Shown here: positions 29,330 through 39,035 of the stretch, piece by piece
Position numbering within the stretch: position 1 is the first letter of the stretch
Layout: every line of letters begins with the position of its first letter
Source: Euryarchaeota archaeon RBG_13_57_23
Lineage (GTDB): Archaea; Thermoplasmatota; Thermoplasmata; UBA10834
Direction: 5' to 3'
Length of the DNA stretch: 64,000 nucleotides
NCBI GenBank assembly: GCA_001800675.1
Contig: MGVW01000005.1
Location: forward strand, 7,493 to 71,492
The notes under the pieces: model-generated
Databases searched by the model: none
Seen by the model: only the letters and a program-made list of their open reading frames with translations
What the model was told of the DNA's origin: nothing
Made by a program: the position numbers and the translations under genes

Positions 29330-30568
29330 ATGAACGCGAGAGAGCTGATGCAGGCGGTAGCTGAGGATAGGGATGAACTACTGGGCAATTTCTGCGCGAT
29401 GCTGCGGATAAGCGCCGTGGGCCCTGAGAACGGGGGCGAAGGCGAGTCCGAGCGCGCGAAGTTCTTGACCAAGCTGGCCAGGGATCTCGGGTTCAAGTCC
29501 GTGGATGTGCTAGAATCTGCTGACCCGCGGGTCCCCTCAGGCAAGAGGCCGAACATAATCATAAAGCTCAGAGGGAGTTCCGACAAAAATCTGTGGGTCG
29601 TCACACACATGGATACAGTCCCCGTCGGAGACTTGAGCGCGTGGAAATCCCCTCCGTTTGAGCCGAGGGTCGAGGATGGCAAGATATTCGCCAGAGGGTC
29701 CGAGGACAACGGACAGGAGCTGATCGCGTCGCTGTATGGGCTCAAGGCTCTCGCGAGGAACGGGATGACCCCAGAGTGCAACATAGGACTCGTGTTCGTG
29801 GCTGACGAGGAAATGGGCAACGCCCATGGCATCGATTTCCTCCTGCAGAAGAACATCTTTCGGAAAGAGGACCTAGCAGTCGTGCCGGATCACGGCGAGA
29901 AGGACGGCTCCGGCATAGTGGTGGTGGAGAAAGGGATCGCATGGATAGAGGTCGAGGTGGTTGGTGTTCAGACCCATGCGAGCACGCCCGAGAAAGGTGT
30001 GAACGCTTTCGAGGCGGCTGCGCGGTTCATGTTGCTCGCACTTGAGCGCCTGAGAAAGAGATTCATTGTGTGCGATCCTCTCTTCGATCCGCCCTGCAGT
30101 ACATTCGCTCCTACAAGGTGCGAAGCGAACGGCCCGAACATAAACACCGTCCCAGGTCGGCAGCGATTCGCTTTCGATTTTCGAGTTCTGCCTGAGTACA
30201 GTCTTGACGACGTGATGTATGAGGTGCGTGCAGCCGCTGACGATATCGAGAAGTCGACTGGGGCGAGGATAAACCTGAAGCTCGATCAAAGGGCGGATGC
30301 TGCTCCGAGGACTGAAGCGAATGCCGAGATTGTGAGAAGGCTCTCTGCGGCCATTCAAGTGGTTCGCGGCCTCAAAGCTCGCCCAAGAGGGATGGGGGGC
30401 GGCACGTGTGCGGCCCCTTTCAGGCGCCTGGGGATTCAGGCGGCCGTGTGGTCCACATCCTCGCAGACGGCGCACGACGCCAACGAGTACTGTAAACTGG
30501 AAGATGTTATCGCAGACGCACAGGTTTACGCCCTGCTTTTCGCCGGGAAGAACCTCGATAGCAACTAG
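29330..30568 (+). CDS. M20-family metallopeptidase (ArgE/DapE/CPG2-like)
   Basis: VVTHMDTVP, GSEDNGQ and VADEEMG metal-binding motifs. Start refined to MNARELMQAV; the track ORF begins earlier inside the thiolase gene. Confidence 0.75.
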   Translation: MNARELMQAVAEDRDELLGNFCAMLRISAVGPENGGEGESERAKFLTKLARDLGFKSVDVLESADPRVPSGKRPNIIIKLRGSSDKNLWVVTHMDTVPVGDLSAWKSPPFEPRVEDGKIFARGSEDNGQELIASLYGLKALARNGMTPECNIGLVFVADEEMGNAHGIDFLLQKNIFRKEDLAVVPDHGEKDGSGIVVVEKGIAWIEVEVVGVQTHASTPEKGVNAFEAAARFMLLALERLRKRFIVCDPLFDPPCSTFAPTRCEANGPNINTVPGRQRFAFDFRVLPEYSLDDVMYEVRAAADDIEKSTGARINLKLDQRADAAPRTEANAEIVRRLSAAIQVVRGLKARPRGMGGGTCAAPFRRLGIQAAVWSTSSQTAHDANEYCKLEDVIADAQVYALLFAGKNLDSN

Positions 30569-31530
30569 AGGCTTTCCGTCGATTTCGCTTGGGGCTCGTT
30601 GAAGATCCTGGCCACCATCCACTCGGGGTCGAACCTTCTGAACTCTTCGTACTCCTGGCCTACGCTCACATAGGCGATGGGCTTGCCTATGGTCTTGGCG
30701 ATGGAGAGGGCAGCGCCTCCTTTGGCGTCGGCATCCACCTTGGTGAGAATCACGCCGTCTATGCCGACTGCGCCATCGAACCTCTTCGCCTGCTCCACAG
30801 CATCCGAACCAGCGAGCGCATCTCCCACGAAGAAAACCAGATCCGGTTTCGCGACGCGCCGTATCTTCTTCATCTCGTCCATGAGGTTCGTGTTCGTCTG
30901 CATCCTGCCGGCCGTGTCGATCAGGACAATGTCCTTCTTCCTCGCCTTCGCATGCTCTATGGCGTCGTATGCCACTGCGGCGGGGTCGCTCCCTTCCTGA
31001 TGCTTGATCACTTTGCAGCCGAGCTTCTCCGAGTGCAATGTGAGCTGCTCTATCGCGCCTGCTCGGAAGGTGTCTCCCGCCGCGAGCACCACGGAAAGCC
31101 CATGCTTCTGCATCCGATGGGCCATCTTTGCGATGGCAGTGGTCTTCCCACCCCCGTTGATCCCTACGAACATGATAACAAAAGGTGGCGTCTTCTTCTT
31201 GATGAGGTCCATCATCCCGAAGGACTTCTGCTCGAGGACTTCCTTGACCGCAGCCCTCAGGGCGAGTCTCACGGCCTCGTCGATGTCGAAAGATTTGTCG
31301 ATTCGTTTTCCGAGCAGAGAGGCCTTGACGCTCTTTGTCAGCTCCTCCGCTACGGGAAGGGCGACATCTGCCTGGAGGAGGCCGAGCTGGAGCTCCTCGA
31401 GGAGATCGTCCAGCATGCTTTCCTTCAGGCGTCTTCCGGATTCGTCGACTACCTCAGAGATGTCCTCGATGCTCTTCGTCTTCGCCTCTTCCGAGACCGA
31501 GGAAAAGCGCTCCCTGAGCCCCTTGAACAT
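30565..31530 (-). CDS. ftsY: signal recognition particle receptor FtsY
   Basis: NG domain with GINGGGKTT, DTAGR and TKVD motifs. Confidence 0.9.
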   Translation of the reverse strand: MFKGLRERFSSVSEEAKTKSIEDISEVVDESGRRLKESMLDDLLEELQLGLLQADVALPVAEELTKSVKASLLGKRIDKSFDIDEAVRLALRAAVKEVLEQKSFGMMDLIKKKTPPFVIMFVGINGGGKTTAIAKMAHRMQKHGLSVVLAAGDTFRAGAIEQLTLHSEKLGCKVIKHQEGSDPAAVAYDAIEHAKARKKDIVLIDTAGRMQTNTNLMDEMKKIRRVAKPDLVFFVGDALAGSDAVEQAKRFDGAVGIDGVILTKVDADAKGGAALSIAKTIGKPIAYVSVGQEYEEFRRFDPEWMVARIFNEPQAKSTESL

Positions 31531-31539
31531 GTGCCGCCC

Positions 31540-31986
31540 TCAGATCTTGCCGGCTGACTGAAGCGCCTCAACCTGTGACTGCACCTTCTCCGATAGTTCC
31601 TGAACCAGCGCCTCCGTCTGGGCCGCTCTGTCAATAATTGATTTGAAAGCGCGTGATAGCTCGTCAATCTTCTCGTCCAAGAATTTCTCCGCCTCTTCCG
31701 GACTTCTTCTAACGGTGACGCCTGAGCCTATTCCCAGTATCGCGGTCCTGTTGTCCGAGATCTTCGCGTGAACGAAAGAGTCGGCACCAATAGGAATCAG
31801 CAGCTCGTCATTTGTGGGCCCCTTCATGAGCGACTTCACAGTCTCTCTTGCCCTCACATGCTCCTCGACCGCGAGCTGGATTAGCTGCTGCTGCTTCGAG
31901 AGCCCCTCGAGCTGAGCCTTTGCCGTCTCGAGCATCATGTAGTCTTCTTGCAGCTTCCTTTCGTCGACGGCCTGAGGTGTAGTCAC
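31540..31986 (-). CDS. pfdA: prefoldin alpha subunit
   Basis: 148-aa coiled coil with central beta hairpins, in the conserved archaeal position between rpl18a and ftsY. Confidence 0.85.
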   Translation of the reverse strand: MTTPQAVDERKLQEDYMMLETAKAQLEGLSKQQQLIQLAVEEHVRARETVKSLMKGPTNDELLIPIGADSFVHAKISDNRTAILGIGSGVTVRRSPEEAEKFLDEKIDELSRAFKSIIDRAAQTEALVQELSEKVQSQVEALQSAGKI

Positions 31987-32216
31987 TTCTTCGCCTCCAG
32001 CATGTGCCTTACCGCGTGGTCGGTTACCTCTTCGACCCGGAGCGACTTCACTACCACGATCTGTATGTTCTTCCGTTTGACCTTGTGCCTGCTTCCCATC
32101 AGGGCGAGAGTCTTCTCCTTCGCCGCCGACTCGTCCGCGGCAGCTACCTCAAGCGCGAACGGCTGCCATTTGCGGTGAGATTCAATGAACTGACCGCTGA
32201 CTTCGAACGCCTTCAT
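31983..32216 (-). CDS. rpl18a: 50S ribosomal protein L18Ae / LX
   Basis: 77 aa, MKAFEVSGQFIESHRKWQPF...; ATGA overlap with pfdA. Matches the conserved rpl18a-pfdA-ftsY neighbourhood. Confidence 0.75.
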   Translation of the reverse strand: MKAFEVSGQFIESHRKWQPFALEVAAADESAAKEKTLALMGSRHKVKRKNIQIVVVKSLRVEEVTDHAVRHMLEAKK

Positions 32217-32330
32217 CGTGACCAGCCCGCCCTAGAGCGGGCACTTGGGATAAAGCTTTTGCTCGCAACCAGGGCGCTAATTCGAGGGCTACACAACATT
32301 CATTATGCACGCGCACAATGTGAAATATCC

Positions 32331-33176
32331 GTGGCAAGAACGATTGAGTGCTTCTACCCAGGAGACAGCTTCCCAGCGATTTCGATCACGGGCAGAGCAT
32401 GCTCCATGAACTGCAAGCACTGCGGGAAGAAGTACCTCGAAGGCATGGTCCCTGCCACGACCCCAGGGGACCTTCTTGAGATCGCGGAGGCACTCGCGCA
32501 GCGAGGAGCGAACGGCTTCTTGCTGAGCGGAGGGGCGGACCCCCTAGGCAAGGTCAAGCTCGCAAACTATGCAGAGGCCATCAGTGAGATCAAGTCATCG
32601 ACCGACCTGAAAATCAACGCGCACATAGGCCTCACGTCTACTAGCGATATCAACAGACTCGTGGAGTCGGGAATCGATGCGTTCTCTGTGGACGTCTACG
32701 GCTCCGACGAGACGATTCACGAAGTCCTCGGGCTCGACGCGGAGGTGCGCGATTATCACAGAGTCTTGGACGACCTCGAGCATGCGGGCGCCAAAATAGT
32801 CGCGCCGCACATCTGCATAGGAATCCACGGAGGAGAGCTCAGGGGTGAATTCGATGCAATAAAGGCGCTAAAATCGCACGCCCCGAAGACCTTGATTCTG
32901 ATATCGTTGATACCGACGAAGGGGACTGCATACCAAGATGTCGCAGCCCCTTCCGCCAGCGACATCATCTCGGTCGTGCGAAACGCCAGAGAATCTCTTC
33001 CCAGGACAAGATTGCTGCTGGGCTGCATGCGCTCGAAGCTGGATCGGTCGCACGAATGCGGTCTCGTTGCCGCAGGGCTTGACGGCATCGTGTTGCCCGC
33101 GAACAGCACGGTCGAGAGATTGATTGCAGAAGGGTACAGGATCCGGAAGCGATCGGTTTGCTGCTCCATTGGTTAG
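32331..33176 (+). CDS. radical SAM domain protein (BioB/LipA-like core)
   Basis: CSMNCKHCGKKY (CxxxCxxC) and the GFLLSGGADPLG SAM-binding motif. The track ORF (32004-) overlaps rpl18a antisense. The true start is uncertain: the first plausible in-frame start is GTG at 32331, and the ATG at 32305 is out of frame. Confidence 0.55.
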   Translation: MARTIECFYPGDSFPAISITGRACSMNCKHCGKKYLEGMVPATTPGDLLEIAEALAQRGANGFLLSGGADPLGKVKLANYAEAISEIKSSTDLKINAHIGLTSTSDINRLVESGIDAFSVDVYGSDETIHEVLGLDAEVRDYHRVLDDLEHAGAKIVAPHICIGIHGGELRGEFDAIKALKSHAPKTLILISLIPTKGTAYQDVAAPSASDIISVVRNARESLPRTRLLLGCMRSKLDRSHECGLVAAGLDGIVLPANSTVERLIAEGYRIRKRSVCCSIG

Positions 33177-33177
33177 G

Positions 33178-34023
33178 TCATTTGTAGATGGAGCCTGCGG
33201 AATATTTCCTCTCGATCGGTATGAGGTATGCGACCCAGGCGACGTTCGTGACGACGAACGCGATCAGAAGAAGCGAAGTGATACCGGTGAATGTCCCAGA
33301 CACTTCTTTCATGAGCGTGACCACCGCGCTCGTCCCTATGTCGTCCATGCTGTTAATCACGATGTAGAATCTCGTGAATTTGTCCAACTTGGGGATCTCG
33401 ATCAGGAGCTCGTTGTCAATCGTGATGTAATCGACCGTATTCAGCCGGTATGAGGCGAGGGCACTCAGTGAATCCGGGCCGGTGTAGTATTGTCGGAACA
33501 GTTCCTCGATGATGATGTAGACCTGAATCTGCCTTGCAGCGGTGACATGAACACTGGAAGTCTCCATGAGCGCTAACACATCGGACGAGTAAAAGTACGG
33601 GGGGTAGGTGCCAGGGGTTATGTAGACCGACTCGTTCCTCGACTCCTCTATTCCACCGATTATCGATGGCACCGTTATCGTCATGACCACAGCCGCTGCG
33701 ATTGCTGCCATTATGATGGACCGTTTCATAGATCGTTTCGCCATGAGATGACGCGCGCTAGAACTGCGAGCGAAGCGGAGCTCAAGCATTCTGAAGAAGA
33801 AACTCTCGAGGCAGATGATCAGGAGCAGGAGAACGAGGACGCCGAAGAACGCGTCGAGAGGAATATAGACGTAGGGGTCGACAGTCGCCCCGCCAAAGAC
33901 GAATATGGTCACGACCGCTAGGGCGACCAGCATCACTGCCTGTACCGCGTACAGCGTCAGCTTGATCCTGTGGATCCTGCTGAGGCGTATGGAATCCTCA
34001 AGGACTTTGCCAGAGGCAGGCAT
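33178..34023 (-). CDS. hypothetical multi-TM membrane protein
   Basis: Hydrophobic helices throughout. The start is ambiguous between 34110 and 34023. Confidence 0.45.
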   Translation of the reverse strand: MPASGKVLEDSIRLSRIHRIKLTLYAVQAVMLVALAVVTIFVFGGATVDPYVYIPLDAFFGVLVLLLLIICLESFFFRMLELRFARSSSARHLMAKRSMKRSIIMAAIAAAVVMTITVPSIIGGIEESRNESVYITPGTYPPYFYSSDVLALMETSSVHVTAARQIQVYIIIEELFRQYYTGPDSLSALASYRLNTVDYITIDNELLIEIPKLDKFTRFYIVINSMDDIGTSAVVTLMKEVSGTFTGITSLLLIAFVVTNVAWVAYLIPIERKYSAGSIYK

Positions 34024-34131
34024 CGTCTGTAAAAATGCAGAGGTCTGATTAAATAGTTTTCCGCTCCGGTCTGCCTTGTGAAAATGACACTGGCCGTAAA
34101 AGACTGACATGCGCGGGGCCGTCGACCCGGT

Positions 34132-35367
34132 CTATGCCTTCGTGCTTATGCTCGCCAACTTCCTACACAAAAGGTACACTGCGGCGAATTCGGGGACAGA
34201 GTTGCTACCAGAATCCAAAGCAAAGTCGCGCCCCTTCAAGGTCACGTTGCACGGCTTCTCGCATCTGACCGCCACCTCTTCCTCCCCGAAGGCTTTGGAC
34301 ACTGCGTCATCGAATGGGTTGAAACCGGTCAGCTCCCGCCTTGTCAATGGGACGACCTCGAATCCAGTCTTCCCGTGGAGTGATGTGGGCAGCCTGATCA
34401 ATCTCTTGATGTCAGATGTGACCGGCTCATCGGTCTCGCCCTTCATCCTCCCCCTGACACGCATGTCCACGAGGTCAAGGAACGCATCGGAGTGTCGTTT
34501 CTCTGAGAACACCTCGAAGGTGTTCTCCGCCCTCATCCTGTCGACTCCGCGTTTGCCGGTCTTCCCGCCGAACAGATCCTTGTAGAGCCCTTCCAATGTC
34601 TTCTTGCCGATGTCCCTTTTGGATTCCTCGAAGAGTTCGGCCAGTTTCGACCGCGCGTCGACTGGGTCCATCGACTCTATCTCATCGAGGAGGGTGTCAA
34701 TCCCCTTCCTGATGCGCCTCCGCCAACCGCCGTCATCGAGGGACGGCATCGTTCTCTTCTTGTCGGAGTCTACTCTGTCCTTGAACCTGGATATCTCGAA
34801 TGGTTTGGGAGGGAACAACCAATCGATGTCGAGGTCTGTGCCAGTCACGAAGTCCACGATCTCGCGTCTCTCGTGGCTGGTCAGCCGCAGGACTTTGGGG
34901 GAGTTTATGTGGACGTGGTACCCCCTTCCACCTGAGAACGCTATCTTGAGCTCGTTTTCGGGGACCCCAAGGTCCCCAAGAAGGAACTCATCGACCAATC
35001 TCGTGACCTCCTCCTTGACCCTCTCGAGCATCTTCTCGTAGGGCATGTTCTGAGCGCCCTCTACATGGTCCGCGTCCAGGTCGAAGATCAGGTCCGCGCC
35101 CAGCCATTTCTTTTCGGGCATGGTTTGGGCGTCTGGTTTCTCATAGTACGCGCACGAGTAGTAGACATGCGCGGGTGTCTGCTCAATCAAATACTTCTTC
35201 AAGGAAGCCCTCGTAGGAAAGGCTGTGTGGCGCACCATGCCTTGGCGGTCGTAGAACATGAATCCGAACTCTCTTTTGGAGAACCTGTCGGGCATTGCCA
35301 GAGCGGTCTGTCTGTAGTGTCTGGAGAACATCTTCATGATGAACCGGGTCGATTCGTCAATGACCAT
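34132..35367 (-). CDS. priS: DNA primase small (catalytic) subunit PriS
   Basis: Archaeo-eukaryotic primase motifs (ADLIFDLDADH, SGGRGYHVH) and a zinc-knuckle region. Confidence 0.85.
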   Translation of the reverse strand: MVIDESTRFIMKMFSRHYRQTALAMPDRFSKREFGFMFYDRQGMVRHTAFPTRASLKKYLIEQTPAHVYYSCAYYEKPDAQTMPEKKWLGADLIFDLDADHVEGAQNMPYEKMLERVKEEVTRLVDEFLLGDLGVPENELKIAFSGGRGYHVHINSPKVLRLTSHERREIVDFVTGTDLDIDWLFPPKPFEISRFKDRVDSDKKRTMPSLDDGGWRRRIRKGIDTLLDEIESMDPVDARSKLAELFEESKRDIGKKTLEGLYKDLFGGKTGKRGVDRMRAENTFEVFSEKRHSDAFLDLVDMRVRGRMKGETDEPVTSDIKRLIRLPTSLHGKTGFEVVPLTRRELTGFNPFDDAVSKAFGEEEVAVRCEKPCNVTLKGRDFALDSGSNSVPEFAAVYLLCRKLASISTKA

Positions 35368-35412
35368 CGCGCTGAGTCATCCGAGTGGCCAGTATATTAA
35401 GCTCACATCGGA

Positions 35413-36375
35413 GTGTTGCATGCATGTAGACCTGTGATGAAAAACATAAAAACCCCGCAGGGGCATCATATCGCAAGCCTGGTCGATGCAATGATAAAGA
35501 CCTACATCCGAGTGGAGCTGAGCAGCGAGGGCGAATCCCCGAAGCAGGTAATCGAGCGAATGAGGAGGATCGGCGCGGTTCCGATGGTCGGGGACTACGA
35601 TTTCGAGCTGAGGCTCACGGAGGATGAGAGGTTGTTCGACAAACTCGAGGAGATACACCGCGCCCTGAAAGGTTCGAACATACGGTATGCGCTGACGACG
35701 CGCACCGACGCCGAAGCCGAAGACATGATTAGGAGCAAGCGCGAGATCGCCCACTATTTCGGCGAGAAGCCAGTCGAGCTGAAGAAGGCTCTCTACAAGG
35801 CGAAACTGGATCGTTGGAGGGAGATGGGGCTTGAGGTCTCAGAGCTCGAGGAACTCTTGGAGAAGGACCTCGACTCCTTCAAGACGGTTAGCAAGCAGTT
35901 CCTCCGCACGCACCTCGATCAGATGGTCGTGAAGGACAAGAGCCCCGCGAACAACGTCATCGACATGCATGTGCTCGCAGTGCTCGACGAAAAAGGAAAA
36001 GACATCCGCGACCTCGCGCAGAGGACGAAGTACTCAGAAGAGCAGGTCACGCTCTCGCTTGGAAGGCTCATATCCGCGGGGAGCGCGATCAGATCCCAGA
36101 GCGGAGATACAGAGACGTTCTCTCTCACACCTCCACCAGCGCCTCCCAACCACTTCAGGAAGACGGCCACGATCGTAGCTGCGAAGAGCGAGGTAGAAGC
36201 AGAGAAGAGGATAATGGACTCGATTTCCACGGAAGGCATCTCGTCAAGAGATTTAGTCAGGGCGGCGGAGCTGCCCCGGGACCAGTTCGTGAAGGCTTTG
36301 AAAACCCTCCAGAAGGATGGGAAGGTAAAGATTATCAAGAGGAATCAGAGGGAATTCTACTACATGAGGGCCTGA
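35413..36375 (+). CDS. hypothetical protein with two C-terminal winged-helix-like domains
   Basis: 320 aa. wHTH-like segments NVIDMHVLAVLDEKGKDIRDLAQRTKYSEEQVTLSLGRLISAG and ISSRDLVRAAELPRDQFVKALKTLQKDGKVKII. Divergent from priS. Confidence 0.5.
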   Translation: MLHACRPVMKNIKTPQGHHIASLVDAMIKTYIRVELSSEGESPKQVIERMRRIGAVPMVGDYDFELRLTEDERLFDKLEEIHRALKGSNIRYALTTRTDAEAEDMIRSKREIAHYFGEKPVELKKALYKAKLDRWREMGLEVSELEELLEKDLDSFKTVSKQFLRTHLDQMVVKDKSPANNVIDMHVLAVLDEKGKDIRDLAQRTKYSEEQVTLSLGRLISAGSAIRSQSGDTETFSLTPPPAPPNHFRKTATIVAAKSEVEAEKRIMDSISTEGISSRDLVRAAELPRDQFVKALKTLQKDGKVKIIKRNQREFYYMRA

Positions 36376-36466
36376 ACCGAGGCCATACTTCGGTTTTCGC
36401 TGGCACGGCCTCCAAAGGTTTAATAGAGAACCGCCCGATTGAGCGATCCCCTTCTGCAGGTGACCG

Positions 36467-37336
36467 ATGAAGGCGCTCGAACTCAATAACGTCCGCTTCA
36501 AGTATCGTGATTTTCAGAACTGGGCACTGGACTCAGTATCGCTCGAGGTCGAGAAAGGCGAGTTCGTGACCATTCTCGGGTGCAACGGCTCTGGGAAATC
36601 CACATTGTGTCTCCTGACGAACGGCCTCATACCGCATGCGATCCAAGGGAACCTGCAAGGCTCGGTCTCCGTTTTCGGGAACAACGTCGGGGAGCAGCCG
36701 GTCTCTCAGTCCGCGACGAAGGTCGGCATCGTATTCCAGGAGCCCGAGAGCCAGCTGTTCTGCATGAGTGTCGAGGAGGAGGTGGCCTTCGGCCCGGAGA
36801 ACCTGGCAGTTCCTCGGGAGGAGATCAAGACGCGCGTGGAGTGGGCGCTAGAACTCGTCGGCATGAAGGGGTACAACAACCGCTCTCCCTTCAGTCTCTC
36901 GGGCGGACAGAAGCAGCGTGTGGCGATCGCGGCAGCGCTGTCGATGCGGCCCGAAATGCTGGTCCTCGACGAACCAGCATATGCGCTGGACCCCGTCGGC
37001 AGACTCGGCCTCTATTCGGTCCTGAGGGACCTGAAGGAGAAACATGGCATGACGGTCATCCTCGCGGAGAGGGATGCCGAGGAGGCCCTCGCGTTCTCTG
37101 ATCGGTTCGTGTTGATGAAGGATGGGAAGCTGCTCGAATCAGGTCCTCCGAGGCAGGTGCTCAGGGACCCTGCCAAGCTGAGAGAGATAGGAGTCGCGCC
37201 TCCCCAGGTGACCGAGGTAGCGTCATTGCTCAACACTCGAATGGGCACGTCGAAGTTCTCTTTCCTCACGGTCGAAGAGGCTGAGCGGGCCATTCTCGAG
37301 GAAGTCCTGAAACCCAAGAAGGAGGGAAGACGGTGA
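36467..37336 (+). CDS. ecfA1: ECF transporter ATPase component A1 (CbiO-like)
   Basis: Walker A GCNGSGKST, the ABC signature LSGGQKQRVAIA, and Walker B LVLDEP. Confidence 0.85.
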   Translation: MKALELNNVRFKYRDFQNWALDSVSLEVEKGEFVTILGCNGSGKSTLCLLTNGLIPHAIQGNLQGSVSVFGNNVGEQPVSQSATKVGIVFQEPESQLFCMSVEEEVAFGPENLAVPREEIKTRVEWALELVGMKGYNNRSPFSLSGGQKQRVAIAAALSMRPEMLVLDEPAYALDPVGRLGLYSVLRDLKEKHGMTVILAERDAEEALAFSDRFVLMKDGKLLESGPPRQVLRDPAKLREIGVAPPQVTEVASLLNTRMGTSKFSFLTVEEAERAILEEVLKPKKEGRR

Positions 37337-38190
37337 TTCCCAGCGCCCATGGGATTCCGCGGGAGGAGAAGATCATCTCCACACGCAATCTCAAGTTCAC
37401 GTACGAAGGGGGTGTTCAGGCTCTCCAAGGGCTCAACCTCGACATCAGGTCCGGCGACTATGTTGCCATCGTTGGGGGGAACGGGTCCGGGAAGACCACC
37501 CTGGCGAAGGCACTGAACGGCCTCCTGAAACCGACCAGCGGCACGGTCATGGTGAACGGTATGCCCACTTCGGAGCTTAAGGTGGCAGAGATCGCCAAGG
37601 TCGTCGGATACGCGTTCCAGAACCCGGACCATCAACTGTTCTGCTCATCTGTGGAGGACGAAGTGAGATTCGGCCCTCTGAACCTCGGTTACCCGGAGCA
37701 AGAGGTTCGCCAAAAGGTGGAGCGAGCAATCGAGGCCATGAACCTGGGCCAGCTGAGGGCGTTGGCTCCGCTGTCTCTCAGGCTCGGGGAGAGGCGTAGG
37801 GTCTCAATCGCATCTGTGATTGCGATGGATCCGCAGGTGCTGATTCTCGATGAACCGACGACCGGCCTTGACGCAGGCGAATCGCTCGAGCTGATGAACA
37901 GCCTCAAGCGGCTCAACGCTGAGGGCAAGACGATCATCCTGATCACTCATGATATGAAGGTCGTGGCGGAGCACGCGAGGCGCGTGATCGTGATGGCAAA
38001 CGGCAGGATGATACTGGACTCCGACAGCCGAGGTGTCTTCTCCGACCTTGCCATACTCGGTGAGAGCAATCTAGAACCACCGCCGGTGGTAAGGCTCGCG
38101 CACAGGCTCGCCAAGCACGGGATCCCTCATGATGTGATGTCCGTCGAGGAATTAGTGTTCCAGCTCCTTAGGTCGAGAGGTGGTGGATGA
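37333..38190 (+). CDS. ecfA2: ECF transporter ATPase component A2
   Basis: GGNGSGKTT; GTGA start/stop overlap with ecfA1. Confidence 0.85.
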   Translation: MIPSAHGIPREEKIISTRNLKFTYEGGVQALQGLNLDIRSGDYVAIVGGNGSGKTTLAKALNGLLKPTSGTVMVNGMPTSELKVAEIAKVVGYAFQNPDHQLFCSSVEDEVRFGPLNLGYPEQEVRQKVERAIEAMNLGQLRALAPLSLRLGERRRVSIASVIAMDPQVLILDEPTTGLDAGESLELMNSLKRLNAEGKTIILITHDMKVVAEHARRVIVMANGRMILDSDSRGVFSDLAILGESNLEPPPVVRLAHRLAKHGIPHDVMSVEELVFQLLRSRGGG

Positions 38191-38978
38191 TGGGAGGGTT
38201 CATCGATCTCTACACGGAGGCCGACACCTTCCTACACCGGATGGACCCGCGGGTGAAGATCGTCGCAGTCCTGTTGCTCAGCCTGTTGGCATTCATCCTG
38301 TCGCACCTCTACCTCCTCCTCGCGCTCCTCACCTTCATATTCCTGTTGCTGTTCCTTGCACGCGCGACGATATCGAGGACAGCGTTCGCGCTCAAGTTCG
38401 TGCTACGGTTCATGGTTCTCATAATCATCCTTTGGCCGATCTTCGACCCCACTGGTACGCCTGTACTCGCTTCACTAGGGCCTATCAAGATAACTGAGCC
38501 CGCGGTCTGGAGAGGGGTGACATCTGCCGCGCGTGTCGGCTGTCTGGCTACTGTTTGGTACATACTCATGTTCACTACGTCGCAGAGAGACCTCGTAAGG
38601 GCTCTTGTGAAGATGGGCGTCAGATTCGATTTCGGGCTCACGCTGGCGATCTCGCTCAGATTCCTCCCGACCTTCGGGGCACTGATAGACTCGATCAAGG
38701 ACGCCCAGCGGGCCAGAGGTCTGGAGCTCAGCAAGGGAGGGCTTCTGAAGAGGTCGAAGAACTACGTCGCCGTTCTCGTTCCGACCATCGTATCTGCCCT
38801 TCGGACTGCGGACACCCTGTCGTTGGCTCTACAATCACGAGCCTACGGTGCGAGGGCGGACCGGACCTATCTGAGAGATCTGAACATGCGTCCGTCCGAC
38901 TATGTGGCGCTCGCAGTCCTCGCAGCAATTCTGGTGCTTCCGGCCTTCGCCAAGTTCGTAATGCAAGTTGATATATGA
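38187..38978 (+). CDS. ecfT: ECF transporter transmembrane component T (CbiQ family)
   Basis: 263 aa, 5-6 TM helices; the N-terminus FLHRMDPRVKIVAVLLLS is typical of EcfT. ATGA overlap with ecfA2. Confidence 0.85.
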   Translation: MMGGFIDLYTEADTFLHRMDPRVKIVAVLLLSLLAFILSHLYLLLALLTFIFLLLFLARATISRTAFALKFVLRFMVLIIILWPIFDPTGTPVLASLGPIKITEPAVWRGVTSAARVGCLATVWYILMFTTSQRDLVRALVKMGVRFDFGLTLAISLRFLPTFGALIDSIKDAQRARGLELSKGGLLKRSKNYVAVLVPTIVSALRTADTLSLALQSRAYGARADRTYLRDLNMRPSDYVALAVLAAILVLPAFAKFVMQVDI

Positions 38979-39035
38979 CCGCGGATTCCGCTCTTGTAGA
39001 GTTTAAGTACCACGTCAGCTTGTAGCATCATCCGG

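Noticed and set aside
36580-37101. 173-aa plus-strand ORF inside ecfA1
   Set aside because: Out-of-frame overlap with a canonical ABC ATPase; Arg/Gly-rich.
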